A stretch of DNA of 64,000 nucleotides from the human T2T-CHM13v2.0 reference genome, Homo sapiens: the NCBI RefSeq assembly GCF_009914755.1, contig NC_060934.1; one strand, written 5' to 3'. Positions within the stretch are counted from its first letter, which is position 1, and every line of letters begins with the position of its first letter. A program made the translations under genes and the position numbers. The notes beneath the pieces were generated by a model. The model was not told the DNA's origin, searched no databases, and worked only from the letters and a program-made list of their open reading frames with translations. Shown here one piece after another: positions 49,726 to 64,000 of this stretch.

Positions 49726-50021
49726 ACCAGGTAACCTGTGTACAGAGGGATGAAGATGAGCCCTAAAATGACAGCTGTAGGGTAGACCTAGGTAGCTCAT
49801 TCCTGATTAGAACAAATGACAGAAGGGAACCGGGGTGATTTTTTTTAAGGGAAAAAATAAAGTAGAACTGAGAGATTAGGTGATGTGTATGGCCCCACTG
49901 AAAGGCATTTCATGGTTCTAGTGGAGAGTTTGGAGAAGAATTAGTGATAGATACTAAAAATATATATATATTTTAAAGGCAGTCATTAATTTCAGTAATA
50001 ATAAAATAAAGTTGTACTTAA

Positions 50022-50300
50022 GGCCAGGCGCAGTGGCTCATGCCTATAATCCCAGCACTTCAGGAGGCCGAGGTGGGTGGATCACCTGAGGTCAGGAGTT
50101 CAAGACCAGCCTCGCCAACATGGTGAAACCCCGTCTCTACTAAAAATACAAAAAGCCGGGAGTGGTGGCAGGCACCTGTAATCCCAGCTACTCGGAGGCT
50201 GAGGCAGGAGAATTGGCTTGAACCCAGGAGGCAGTGAGCTGAGATCACACCGCTGCACTCCAGCCTGGGTGACAGAGTGATTCTCCATCTCATAAAAAAT
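50022..50300 (+). mobile_element. AluS
   Basis: TSD aaagttgtacttaa. Confidence 0.95.
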
Positions 50301-50471
50301 TTAAAAAGTTGTACTTAAAAAGAAAATGCAATCTTAGTACAACCCATGTATTATTTACTTAGTCATAAAAATCAAACTCTAAATATGAATTTAACAAAAA
50401 ACGCTGATGTGCATGTATTAGGAGGAGGTATGTGGGGGTGGCAGGAAGTGTCAAAGAGTGCTGCTTTCTCA

Positions 50472-50889
<418 letters not shown>

Positions 50890-51693
50890 TTATGTAAATA
50901 TAACGTATTTTATGTTAACTGACTTCGACTTGTAAAGCAATGTATATAAACAGTATTTGATAAAAATGTAAATCAAATTTTTAAAAGGTCTAATAGCAGC
51001 TTTCATTTACAAATCTGCTTCCCACCTAAAACTTTGTTAGCTTCAATAGAGAATAATAGTAATCGTGCTATATGGATTAGATACCAAACCTGGATTTACT
51101 TTTAAAATTTTTCTTCCTCCAATTATTAAAATCTTTCAAGGTCCCAAAAAATAACCATAAGTGCAGAAGAAACTTTTTATTGACTGTTTGTATTTCTTTG
51201 AATGTCTTCAAGTTAGCAGTCTATTTTTTTTGGATGTCTTTCTTAATTATTATTTCAACATCAAACTTTCCATTGAATCAAACCCTATGAATAATTCATG
51301 ATGGCAAAATAAATGGGATTAGTGCTTCTAGCTTTCAGAGTCTACAAATCTCATGATCGGGAAGGATGTAGTTTTCCAATGTCAATTCCCCCCACAAATA
51401 ACAATCCAACTTGCAGCCAGCAGATATTTAGACTCCGTGATCCAATAGATCTAATCCATGTAGGTCATGTCATCAAACAGAATGTCACCTCTCCCATCGA
51501 CGGCAGCTGGCTTATTTTTGCAGGTTCCAGAGCTTGCCCTATCATCTCCTAACCTATAGCTTTATTTTCAGCAGCCACAGCCCTGTCTCAGATGCTTTGT
51601 AGAAACAGCCTCATTATCTGCAGTGTTATAACAGCAGTTAGAAACCGAATGACATTCAATTAAAATGATATTAGCAGCTCAGGAGTGATTTTG

Positions 51694-51850
51694 TTTAATT
51701 TACTCCTACTCAGATGTAAAAACATTAGCGACTTTTAAAATTGGACCTCATAATGTCTAACTCCTACTCAAATGCAATGAAATTAAAGACTTTGGTGCCT
51801 AAATACCGCTTAATTTACTCCTACCCATCTATAATGACATTAAAGATGCT
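51694..51850. repeat. Degenerate 3-copy tandem repeat, period 57-58 bp
   Basis: actcctac at 51702, 51760, 51817, each followed by aa(t/a)(g/a)a(c/a)atta..ga. Confidence 0.75.
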
Positions 51851-52785
51851 TTAGGGTAGATATTGTTTCCAATCAATTTTATTCAAAAGAAATCTGAGCT
51901 CACAGGTACTATTATTAAGCATATAATAAAATCACACAAGAAATATATCTTTACAATTGGGGATACGATGGTTTCCAGCAATATTAAAAAGTAATCATTT
52001 TTATTTAATGCAAGGATATTAAAAAGTAATATCTTAAACACAAGATTTTGTAAAGTTTCCAATTGCTTAAACAAATATGTGATTCCTAGCCTGTTAAAGA
52101 AATGTGCATTGTTCCATGTGAGTTTGAAGTGAATTTTATACAATTATGGCATGTGATTTGTTTATGCTTGATAAGAAATTTTAGCTTAAACATGACTCAG
52201 AGAAAAGCAATTTTTGTAAATCTAATGTTAATAATTTTTTTAAATCCTACATTAGTTTAAAGGATGAAAATTTCGAACCTTTATTTTGCTGAAAAGGCTA
52301 ATTTTAAACACAGTAGGGTTTTGAGTCCATATATGCTTGGAATAGAGTAGGTATTCAATAAATTCTTGCTGAAAATTGGAATTAAAACTATCATTCATAA
52401 TAGTAGCCTATATTTACAAAGTCCCTACTAAGTGCCTGATATGATGCTGAGTATTTTAAATGTATTAACTCATTTAATCATTTGAATTAAGTAATATTCC
52501 TAGTATACAGATAAAAACAATAAAAGGAGGGTTGGATGTATGCTGCTGTTATAATTCTGTGGGTTGCCTTTAGTTTGGGAAGACTTTTAAGCACTTACAA
52601 TTTTATACTCTATAATAGGAACTTTCCTTCATAAAATTAATTAAGAAAATTTAATTGTAAAATTAGAAGTATTTGATGAGGACACAAACACCCATACGTA
52701 TATGGGATATTGCAGTCCAGAAATACAGGTTCATTTGGATATTTGAGAAATAATTTCTCAAGATATTTTCTTTGAAAAAGGTTGA

Positions 52786-53081
<296 letters not shown>

Positions 53082-53784
53082 TAAAAAGTTTATGATGTTT
53101 TAAAAGACCTAACATTAATATTGATGTATCTAGATGCTCTCAGCAGTTGAAACATCCTGGTCACAACTCCTGGCTGTGCTCACAGATGCTTGCAGAAATA
53201 GAGGAGTAGACATTTTAGTCACTCCAGTAGTACTGCTGTGGCTGAAATGTATGGCTCCTCCTAAATTTGATTTCTTGCTCTGCCACTTGGTGGTGGTTTG
53301 ATCTTAGGCAAGATATTGAATCCTCTCAGTCAGTTTTCTCATCTGTCTATATAGCAATAAACCCCATTGTCTTCTCAAATATACTGCTCATTTTATGTTT
53401 CCTATTTTGGCAACTATCATTAAATTCATTTATAATTGCTTGATCCAGACTCCTAGAAGTCATCTTAAATCTCTCCCCTTCTTTCTCTCTCTTTTTGCCA
53501 CATCCAATGAATCACCAAGTCTCTTAAATATGACTCAGAGTGTCTAAGCTGCAATGAGACAGTATAGAATATGTAAATGATAGAAGACTGTTATCCACCA
53601 CATTTATTCTCCTAACATTTATAAAGCCCCAGCTTTTTGCCAGGAGGTGCTAGAATATCAGGAATGCAGAGATGGTAATTTCTGAACTCAAGGAACTTTG
53701 TGTTCAATAGGAGACACATACAGTAAAATTTCAGGTTTCAATATGATATGATAAGTTCCTTAACAGCAGCCTGGTTATTGCAGA

Positions 53785-54740
53785 AAATGTCAATTTGGAG
53801 TGCATCTGGCTGCAAGTAACAGAACACCCAACTACAGTGATTGCACCAAATATGGTTTTATTTTTCTCAAATAAGAAAATGTTCAGAGGTAGGAAGTCCA
53901 AGGCTGCTGTATCAACTCAAAGAATTCAAGTCCCTAAGGCCATTCTAACTTCCTGCTTCACTAGCATGATGGTTAATATTAGATGTCAGCTTGACTGGAT
54001 TGAGGGCTGCTAGATGGCTGGTAAAGTATTGTTTCTGGGTGTGTCTGTGAGGATGTTTCCAGAAGAGATTAACATGTGAGTCAAGGAACTGAGAGAGAAA
54101 GACTCTCTCTCATTGTGGGCGGGCACCATTCAAATGGCTGCCAGCATGGCTGAAACAATGCAAGCAGAAGAAGGCGAATATCCACCTTGCTGAGATTCCT
54201 TAGTCCCCCTTCCCGAGAGGGAGCCTTCTTCTCCTCCTGCCCTGGAACATCAGACTCCAGGGTCTTCGGCCTTTGAACTCTAGGACCTGCAGCAGCCTCC
54301 CAGGGACTCTCAGTTCTTCGCCCTCAGACTAAGAGCTGCATTATAGGCTTCCTTGGTTTTGAGGCTTTTGGACTTGCACTGAGTCACGCTACCGGCTTTT
54401 CTCATTCCCCAGTTAGCATACAGCATATTGTGAGACTTTACCTTGTAACCATCTGAGCCAATTCTCTCTAATATACTCACATATACATGGGTACATTTCA
54501 TAAATATATATATTTACAAAATATATAAAAATGTGTTATGTATATTATTATTATATATAAAAGTATAAATGTACATATACTTCTATTGGTTCTGCCCCTC
54601 TGGAGAACCCTAACTAATACAACTAGTGTGTGACTTTTGTCTTCACAGTCACAAAATAGTTACACCACCTCCAAGCATTGCATCTCTGACCCAGGTAGGA
54701 AAAAGTTGGAAAAAATCTCCCAACCTCTTTCTCCACATCT
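53785..54740. mobile_element. Old MLT1(J/K)-like LTR, interrupted by MLT2
   Basis: ggctgcaagtaacagaacacccaact...gtcacaaaatagtt..cacctccaagcattgcatct. Confidence 0.6.
53965..54621 (+). mobile_element. MLT2A/B (ERVL) solo LTR
   Basis: atgatggttaatattagatgtcagcttgactggattgaggg...ctggagaaccctaactaataca; TSD ACTAG; internal TA-rich tract. Confidence 0.92.
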
Positions 54741-54928
54741 TGTAGAAATTCTACAAGTGACCAATATCCTTCTAAAAACCCAATGTGCTGCCTATAGTAA
54801 CAATAGTCAGTTTCAGATGCTTGTGGCTAAAACATCACTGATTTATGCCTTTACCACATTTGATCTAATACTAAATTATCTGATGTGCCTTTGGTACATC
54901 AATCACTTCTAAAAAGTGAATAGAAATA

Positions 54929-55223
54929 GGCAAGGCATGGTGGCTCAGGCCTGTAATCCCAGCACTTGTGGGAGGCCAAGGTGGGCAGATCACTTGAGGT
55001 CAGGAGTTCCAAGACCAGCCTGGCCAACATGGTGAAACCCCATCTCTACCAAAAGTACTAAAAATAGCCAGGCGTGGTGGTGGGTGCTTATAGTCCCAGC
55101 TACTCAGGAGGCTGAGGCATGAGAATCACTTGAACTCAGGAGGCGGAGATTGCAGTGAGCCAAGATTGTGCCACTGGACTCTAGCCTGGGGGACAGAACA
55201 AGACTGTCTCAAAAAAAAAAAAA
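54929..55223 (+). mobile_element. AluS
   Basis: TSD aaaaagtgaatagaaat. Confidence 0.95.
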
Positions 55224-55682
55224 GTGAATAGAAATCATTTTAAAATAACTCTAAAGTTGTAATAGTTTTACGTAATTATCACATTTACTACAAAGCTATA
55301 ACCATTTCTTTTTATTTTGTACAAAACTTCTCGGCATACCAAGCTTGTTTTCGAACTATCTGGATCACTTTTGAATAAAGTTGCTTAATTTTAACATACA
55401 ACACTCCACAAAAAGTTGCTTAAGTAAGAAGGAACTGAATAGCAAATTAAAGTTTAAAAATTGAAGTGTCAGATACAACTGTTACTTATTGCCAAGGCAA
55501 AGTAGGTGCTCATTAGGAACCGCATTTTTGCATAGATGAAATGTATGCTGTGGTAAAGATACAAGAAGAAGATATCCGCAAAAAGGAAGAATAATTAGAA
55601 AAGAAATCAAGAACTAGTTTTGGCTCTTTTAAGAGTAATGTTTCATTATTTTTAGAAAAACCATAGTTAAGAATGTCAACCA

Positions 55683-55701
55683 GGCCAGGCGCAGTGGCTC
55701 A
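55683..55701 (+). mobile_element. 19-nt Alu 5' stub
   Basis: ggccaggcgcagtggctca preceded by tt/aagaa target-like site; no Alu body follows. Confidence 0.7.
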
Positions 55702-56200
55702 GCTGCGCAGCTAGGGCTAACTAGGATACCTCCTCTCTTGCTCCAGCTCCCTGTGACCATAGTGAGACCCAGGCTCCTGAAAGCCACAAAAGCCCATTTG
55801 AGAGATGCTGTCCCCGCTCCAGGTGTGGGGACTTGAGCCCGTGAGTCAGGGTCTTACTCTGTCACAGGAATCCTACTGCAGCGCCGCCAGGTGCTCCCTG
55901 CAGAGCACGGGGATATTTTTCAGACAATAGCAGTGACTTTTGAACTACGTCCCCTCTCCCTAGGAAGCAGGCTCAAGTCCGTAGGGCCAGGCCAGAGGAC
56001 AGTCTGCCCTTCCTCATCTTCGCTCAGCTACAATTTCATGCATCTTTTCACTGTTGTGTCCTAAAACTGTCCAAGCACCAAATATATAAAGGCCCTCTGT
56101 ACAGGAAGTGGGTGTTGAATGAATGGACACACAAGCATTCATTTTGGGAGGGGTCTCCTTTCTCTCCTAGGGGATTCCCTGCTCCCTCACGTAAGTGTAT
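55702..56200. promoter_or_regulatory. Candidate enhancer/promoter
   Basis: GC/CpG-richer unique DNA; AP-1 TGAGTCA at 55842; TATATAAA at 56083; ETS ACAGGAAGTG at 56101; donor-like GTAAGT at 56191. Confidence 0.3.
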
Positions 56201-56239
56201 TCCTAGCAGGAAATTTCTTGGGAGGTAGGGGAATGTGTG

Positions 56240-56330
56240 TTGCTATCCTTATCTCACAGACGGAGAAACTGAGATGCAGAAGGGTTTTAGTGACTTGCCT
56301 GGGAGCTCCACTGCCTCATTATGTTGACTG
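56240..56330 (-). mobile_element. MIR core
   Basis: tcacagacggagaaactgagatgcagaagggttttagtgacttgcc. Confidence 0.7.
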
Positions 56331-56917
56331 AGTCCCTCAGTTGTTTATGAGTAAAGCATCCCATGCCATTTGCCTTAAACAGCTTTTTTTAACTCTGTAT
56401 TTATTCAGGAAAATGGGGAAAAGTGACAGTCTAGGAGAAATTAACAAACAAGTTCATAGTGAAAAAAAAAAAAAAGCTCAATTTTTGGAAGTCAGTGACC
56501 AGGCTCCCCACAAAGAATGCCTCAGGGCACTCCAGCCATTTACTTGTCCTTACAATAAGATGTGAGTATGAGCCTAGGAAAATTTCCCACACTGCCTGAC
56601 TGGGGGAGCTTTTTCAAGGAGAAAGGAACTCTCTATTAGCCTCTAGTCTGATTTCTATGCTTGTGCTCTGAATGCTCAATTGTCAGGCAGGATTCTGGGG
56701 TGTATAACTATATAATTATACTGCATAGCGAAAACCATTTAAATAGCTCAGGTTTTGGGTAAGATCCTCAATTATGATCTTCAATTTCTAGTCATGTGGT
56801 TTGGACTTTGGATTTCTAATGCTTTGTGGAAATACAAATTTTACATCCCCAAATCTGTTTTCTTTTAAAGGGCTTAAAAATTTGATAGTTTAAATATTTT
56901 ATTTTAAGGTTTTATAA

Positions 56918-57262
<345 letters not shown>

Positions 57263-58762
57263 TAGTAGGCCCCACCTCACCAAATAATGTAATGGTTCTA
57301 TTTTTCTATGAATAATAAAAAACACAGCACTTGCACAGATACTTGTCATTCAAGAATTCCCTTCTAAAAGAGGAGCAGCCTTACGGGTGAGGGCCTCTGT
57401 TTCCCTTGTATTCACAGATTTTCATGTTTTATTTGTCAAACAGTGTCCTACATTGCACTGGATTTAAGGAGAATACTCTGGCCAGAGAACTCAGAAACCT
57501 TCTTGACATATTATCCTCGGGAATTATCGCCTGCATGTAAAAGTCATAAATAGCAGAGACATGCAGGGAGGTTAATGCCAGTCTGGCAATGGCAGACATC
57601 AAGCTAAAGTTTTCTGACTCCTTGACCTATGCTATGGTGACCTACATAGTCACTATTCTGCTAAGCAAAGACACTGTGTTGATCTATATGATAAATGTAA
57701 TATATATCTTAAGTCTGAAGCAACTGGGAATGGCTATAAAAAGTCTTATTTTCATAGCTGCCCCATTTGAAGTCACTGTAGGTCGGTGGCCTTTGGCCTC
57801 CCGCTGTGGGTCTTCAGAGTCCTCCCACGCCCCAGCTTCCTTTCTTTTCATCTCCTTCCTTCTTGAAAGTCGAAACCTCCATCTTTGAAGACCAACCCTG
57901 GCACTATGCTACAGGGAACCCTTGGCTTCCAAATACATCAGAGACACCAGGAGGGAGCAGCCAGATGACAGAAGACTGTGTCTACATGGTGGCCAAACTG
58001 CTCAAGCAATCACACAGATCAGATGCTCAGAGACTTTGGAGTCAGGAGATAAAGCAACCAGCAAGCAGTTGTTTTGTGCTTTCTTTTTTGTTTTTCTTTC
58101 TCCAGTGCTCTACTTGGATATGAGAATGGCATAAAGTAAGAAACAAAAAAGAAAAAGTTGCATCTAGGCAGGGCTGGATTTTTAAAAATCATAACTAAGA
58201 GTTTTTGTAGTAAAGTTTCTACTGAGTGGAGGCTTCCCGAATGTGTCTGTCCCCAACCAGATGTTTTCTCCGTTTTCTCCAAAGTCCCCTGGTGCCATGT
58301 TTATGCTTTTATGGAAATTTTTACATTCTTTATATAAAACAGTCATTTCAGTACATGCTGTAGGTCCCTTGTTAGGCTGTAAGTTTCCTGAGGGAAGGAG
58401 CTAGAGCTTGTATGCCTTTGTGCTACCCACCAAGCCCAGGACCACATCCATAAATCATAATGAATAGTTGCTGAATTGAGGTTTGCTAGTTTTATTCAAA
58501 ATATTTTATTTTGTAAGCAAGTGTGGCCATATGTGCCATTTGAGCACCACTGTGATTTAGCAAAAGCGTCGGTATTAAGTACTGGGGGAAAACCATTGAT
58601 TTGGGGCTTTAACTTGTTTGGGGAAAATATATTGATTTATGTCAAGAGTTTTTATTAATTGCTTTGTAACTCAGGGAAAGTGTCAATTGTCAGTAATAAG
58701 TGATTATTTTAAATATTCCTTATGACTACTTCTGGGCAAACTGTAATTAAAAACTAGGGCAC

Positions 58763-59560
<798 letters not shown>

Positions 59561-59942
59561 TTAAGAACAGGGAGGACTTTATATGTAAAATGAAAGTTTT
59601 AGAAGATTGGATATTAAAAAGTAAAAATTAATTATTGATCCTCATCAAATTCCATAGGTCTGTGTGATGCCATGAGCAGTAGAATTCTACTACTCAAAAC
59701 TGAGCAAAAGAGTGGTTTCTGTTGAAAATAGGACTCTCGGAAGAAAAGAAGCATTTCACTGAAAGCCTTATTTGCCTGAGATAAAGGGAATGAGACAGAA
59801 TTTTGCATCAAAATAAATTGCTATAGAAATTTATTTTACTTTAAGCTGCTGAGTTCAAATGTTTATTACCTTCTCAGTGGAAATTAACCTCCACTGGGAG
59901 CAGCCTAGCATCCTGCTAGGCGTAGTGAGGACACTGGTCCAG

Positions 59943-60095
59943 AGCAGGGCTTCCTGGACTTTAATGCTCATACCCATCACCTGGGATTTTACTGAAATAC
60001 AGATTCTAGTTCAGAAGGCTTGAGGTGAGGCCTGAGACTCTGCATGTCTCAGCAGTGCCCAGGTGAAGCCAACCCTAGTTCAGGGACCACAGCTT
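59943..60095. mobile_element. MER5A/B MITE
   Basis: atcacctggg...aaatacagattct...ggcctgagactctgcat...ccaggtga. Confidence 0.75.
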
Positions 60096-60311
60096 ACATC
60101 GTGACTGGTGGTCTTCAGGGACTAACTATAGGGCAGGCAGTTCCCAGTGAGGGTCACTTCCTAACTCAGCCCTTTGGGATTACAGGCTGACAATTCTTCC
60201 AAAGGCTATGTTGTTAGGAAGTTGTTAATTGAGGCAGATCAATGCCACAGGGAAGACAGAATCCAGAAATGAGCCAAAGTTTAAAAGGTGAAAAAAAAAA
60301 ACTGTGAATTG

Positions 60312-60641
60312 TGCCCAGGTACGGTGACTTACACCTGTAATCCTAGCACTTTGGGAGGCTGAGGTGGGCAGATGACTTGAGGTCAGGAGTTCGAGACCAG
60401 CCTGGCCAACATGGTGAAACCCCATCTCTACTAAAAATACAAAAAAAAAAAAAAATTAGCTGGGCGTGGTGGTGCGTGCCTGTAATCCCAACTACTTGGG
60501 GTGGCTGAGGCAGGATAATCGCTTGAACCCAGGAGGCAGAGGTTGTAGTAAGCTGAGATCGCAGCACTGCACTCCAGCCTGGGCAACAGAGTGAGACTCC
60601 ATCTCAAAGAAAAAAGAAAAGAAAAAGAAAAAAAGAAAAAA
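60312..60641 (+). mobile_element. AluS
   Basis: Alu dimer, (GAAAA)n tail. Confidence 0.95.
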
Positions 60642-60761
60642 ATTAGAACACACAGTCCATAGAGAAACCAGAAGTCCAAGACTGTCTAAGGAAAAGGCAA
60701 AAAGAAATACACAGATGCAAGAAGGAAAAATGGGGGCAATTCTGAAGCTAATCCTGTGTTC

Positions 60762-61063
60762 TTTTTTGTTGTTGTTGTTGTTGAGACAGAGCCTTGCTCA
60801 GTTGCCCAGGCTGGAGTGCAGGGTGTGATCTTGACTCACTGGGACCTCCACCTCCCAGGTTCAAGGGATTCTCCTGCCTCAGCCTCCTGAGTAGCTGGGA
60901 TTACAGGCGTGCGCCACCACACCCAACTAATTTTTGTATTCTTGGTAGAGGTGGGGTTTTGCCATGTTGGCCAGGCTGGTCTTGAACTCCTGACCTCAGG
61001 TGATCCATCTGCCTCAGCCTCCCAAAGTGCTGGGATTACAGGCGTGAGCCACCACATCTGGAC
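60762..61063 (-). mobile_element. AluS
   Basis: TSD taatcctgtgttcttt. Confidence 0.95.
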
Positions 61064-61914
61064 ATAATCCTGTGTTCTTTAGATCTACACAGTGTATTAA
61101 TTTTATGTGCAGTCTGGCTTGTTTCTCTTGGTCATAGGCAAGCTTTTAAAAGGGCTTGTCTGCGTAAGACAAAAATAATATGGAAGTAATCGGGGCAGTG
61201 CAAAGCATCTGTATGGGTTCAACAAAATCACTGGGGCCAGGTGTTTTCCTGAATGTGAAGTTTTTCAGACTTTGTACTTTGCACTACATAACATTCCCAG
61301 CAGAGCCTGGGAAAAAATAAAAACAGCCTAAAATCATAATCGAAGGCACTAATATTCTGCAGCAAAGCCTGTGAATAGGCAGCCACACTGAGTGGGGAAA
61401 ATAAGGAATCTAAATAGCCTCGCATCCATTTGGGACAGGTATTGCGGCCAAATTAGTTCCGGTAAAGTCAGGTTTTGTCACCAAATGAGTTACAAAAGTA
61501 TCTTTTGACTTTCAGTGCTTTGGGAATTTCAGGATTACAGTTTAAGAGAGTGTACACATCTTTTCCAACTCCTCCGTCTCCTGTTAGGGGTGTTCAATCT
61601 TCTTCAGCCAGGCAGTCCTCACACATTTCTTCTTCTCTTTTTAAAATAAACCTCTTATCTTTTTTCAGTTATGCTAAGGTGTAAATGACTAACAGCCAGC
61701 TCAGGTATACTTGCATTTTTAACAGAGGTAACAACTACATCCTGAATGGAATTTGGGACATTAACCAATCATTAATTTGATCTAGGAATTTAACATCCAG
61801 CTAGATGCTAATTAAGAAAGAAAAGATTAAGTGGTTCAATTCAATTAAATAAATTGTAGCTAATCGAAAAAAGTTGTTCCCTGCCTTTGGCTTAATTGAC
61901 TTTGAAGTAGCCTA

Positions 61915-62085
61915 CAGTTTTAAAAGTGCTTTTGCAATCATTATCTCATTCCTTGTACATTAACCTCTAGTTTTTTGGGGAGGGGCTTGTTGTCTTTTCT
62001 TTGAGGAAAATCAGGTTCAAAGGAGTGACTCATCCAAGGTCATGGAGTTGAAAAGAGGCAGAACCAGAAATCAGACCCAAAATTT
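61915..62085 (-). mobile_element. MIR fragment
   Basis: aaagtgcttttgcaatcattatctcatt...tgaggaaaatcaggttca...gtgactcatccaaggtcat. Confidence 0.65.
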
Positions 62086-64000
62086 GGCTAAAATTAAATC
62101 CTTTCTGTAAAACATTGGTTAGAAAATAAGGCAACAGTGTTTGTTTCCTCCCAGTTGGTGAAATGCAAATGTGAACTTAGATGATGATGATTCACTGTGG
62201 AAGCAGTAAAAGACATAAGAGAGAAAATGTATGTGTTCTTTTTCAGAGTGATCCCACTTTGTCTCATGATAGCTAATAGACCAGCTTTGAAGCAAATGTT
62301 CCTTGAGGTGTTGTTACCATCTCCATAATTTCTACTAGTGACAATAAAATCCTGGACTCTGAATCCCCAGACGAAATTTGCTTGGGTCATATTTATTTTA
62401 ACCATCTGACATAGGAAGCTTAAACTGTTATGGAGGTGGCCAGAGATCATTTCCACAAACATGCATGTATTGCACACACTGCCAAGCTAACAGTAGGTGC
62501 TCAATAAATGTTAACTGAATGAATGCATCCCCTGTGATGACAACATTCCCTTTTGTCATTTTGACTAAGACAGTGGCTCCCTTCCCTCTATTGCTTGAGT
62601 AGATACAACATTCCCTAAAACAAATGCCTGAATCGAAGCCTAGGAGTAAGGTTAATTTGCTTTAAGGAATGAATCTGGGAGTTGCTTCCAAAAATAATGC
62701 CACAGTCTCTATAGGAAAAGCTTCAAGATAAATATAGAGTGTACACAAGCAAAATGGAAGCTAAAGCACATCGTCTGTTTCTCCTCTCTAGGAAGTTCCT
62801 TGTCACTCGTATTTCACTTTCTCCAAGAGGAAGTCTCCCGTGATTACACCAGTTGTATTCTTGTTTTATGCCTAGTGGGATGTACTGTAGTAAAATTCTG
62901 CTGGGATGCGTACCTCATTTTTGGCAACCATACTCCTTTTTATGTTTTACTTAACAAAAGGTGTTCATGAATCAGCTCAAAATCTCAGTTCATATTTAGA
63001 TGACGCATTTTCTTCAACTGAACAACAGTCCACAGTTACAAATGCCAAACAGGAAGGGCACATCTGCGAAAAACAAGCCTCTTAAGCTGGAAGAATGAAT
63101 AATGATGATGTGTGGGCTGTGCTTTCTACACAGCAAACTCTGGGAAGACCTTTCTGTGAACAGCTATCTGATAACAATTGAAGAGGCTTTGTGCTCCCAC
63201 CCACCTCCCACTCTCTTTTGTATCAGTAACTCCGCAGGAGAAAAGGAGATTGGTGGTAAAGATTCCTTGGTCATTAGAAACTCAGGTATCTATTCAGAAT
63301 CACAGAATCTCCAGGTATTCTTTTCTTCATCACTTATAGTTTTGAGTGTAGAGTAAATCTTTGAGTGTTTTCTTTGGGGATATGAAAGTTGTTTCTACTT
63401 TGAGTCTTAAATCCCCAGTAGAAGCTTCTAGATAATGAACCAGCTACTTAAATAAAATACTGGTTCAATTAGGATTTAATTAAAGTTTATGGTTATAAAA
63501 CAATTCCATTTTCATTATAGAAATTATATGTGGAGTTTCCCATTTTTATTTTGCATAAATTTCTGTCATTCTAGAAAATGTATAAATTTGCTTCTAATTT
63601 GAATAATCTGTGTGTGCGTCTTTGTGTGTGCTTATGTGTGTGTGCGTTTAACAAAATGAGCTTACTGTTCAGTAAAATAATAAAATTTGAGTTTGGCTAA
63701 GCAGTCAGCGAATTAGCATGCTTTTTTGCCATCTTTGATTCATGGTAACATTTATAACTAACTTTCTTTAGTTTATAGATCCTTCTCTGTTACTGTCATA
63801 TAATTGCCATAATAATAAAACCCCTCCTTCCCATATGGAATTCCATTAACAGTTTGGCTACTCTGATTATTGCTACTGTTTCATCCATCATGAGAAGAGT
63901 TTGCTACTGAGGAAGATGCTAACAGTATTAACCCTGGAACCTCCCACCTCCTCCCCCCATCCCCAAACTCAATTAAACCAGCATCACACCAAGACACACA

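Noticed and set aside
51694-51850. CRISPR-like repeat-spacer appearance
   Set aside because: Eukaryotic context, only three imperfect units, no cas genes or leader.
59903-59925. Short hairpin gcctagca-tcc-tgctaggc
   Set aside because: An 8-bp stem is expected by chance in 64 kb.
61070-64000. Long mostly unique stretch that might hold exons
   Set aside because: No ORF with coding character or paired strong splice sites that I can support; the host gene, if any, cannot be identified from sequence alone.

Overview
Primate, very probably human, non-coding genomic DNA. It is AT-rich and CpG-depleted, and it carries an AluYa-lineage insertion. I cannot support any protein-coding exon, RNA gene or CRISPR array. 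The listed ORFs are Alu-, L1- or LTR-derived or chance frames. The window is dominated by interspersed repeats: about 46 Alu/FLAM/FRAM copies; several old fragmented L1M elements, with a near-continuous nested L1 block at about 29.9-48.8 kb; a minus-strand L1PA 3' fragment; L2/MIR remnants; DNA-transposon MITEs (MER20, MER104, MER33, MER5); and many solo LTRs (MSTA, MST, MLT1, MLT2, LTR16/33-like, two inverted MER41A, one intact CpG-rich LTR12C). The most unusual signals are structural. (1) A ~333-bp, ~99% identical Alu-junction tract is shared by two sites 25 kb apart, apparently an ectopic gene conversion with an identifiable donor. (2) An AluY plus 68 bp of flank is tandemly duplicated. (3) An ancient ~240-bp unique-sequence duplicate pair lies ~1 kb apart. 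(4) Two inverted Alus have mirrored (CA)n tails. (5) An orphan 51-bp insert has a 21-bp target-site duplication (TSD). (6) There are several apparent deletion junctions. I do not see a new gene system. Repeat family names and boundaries were assigned by eye from remembered consensus sequences and are approximate.
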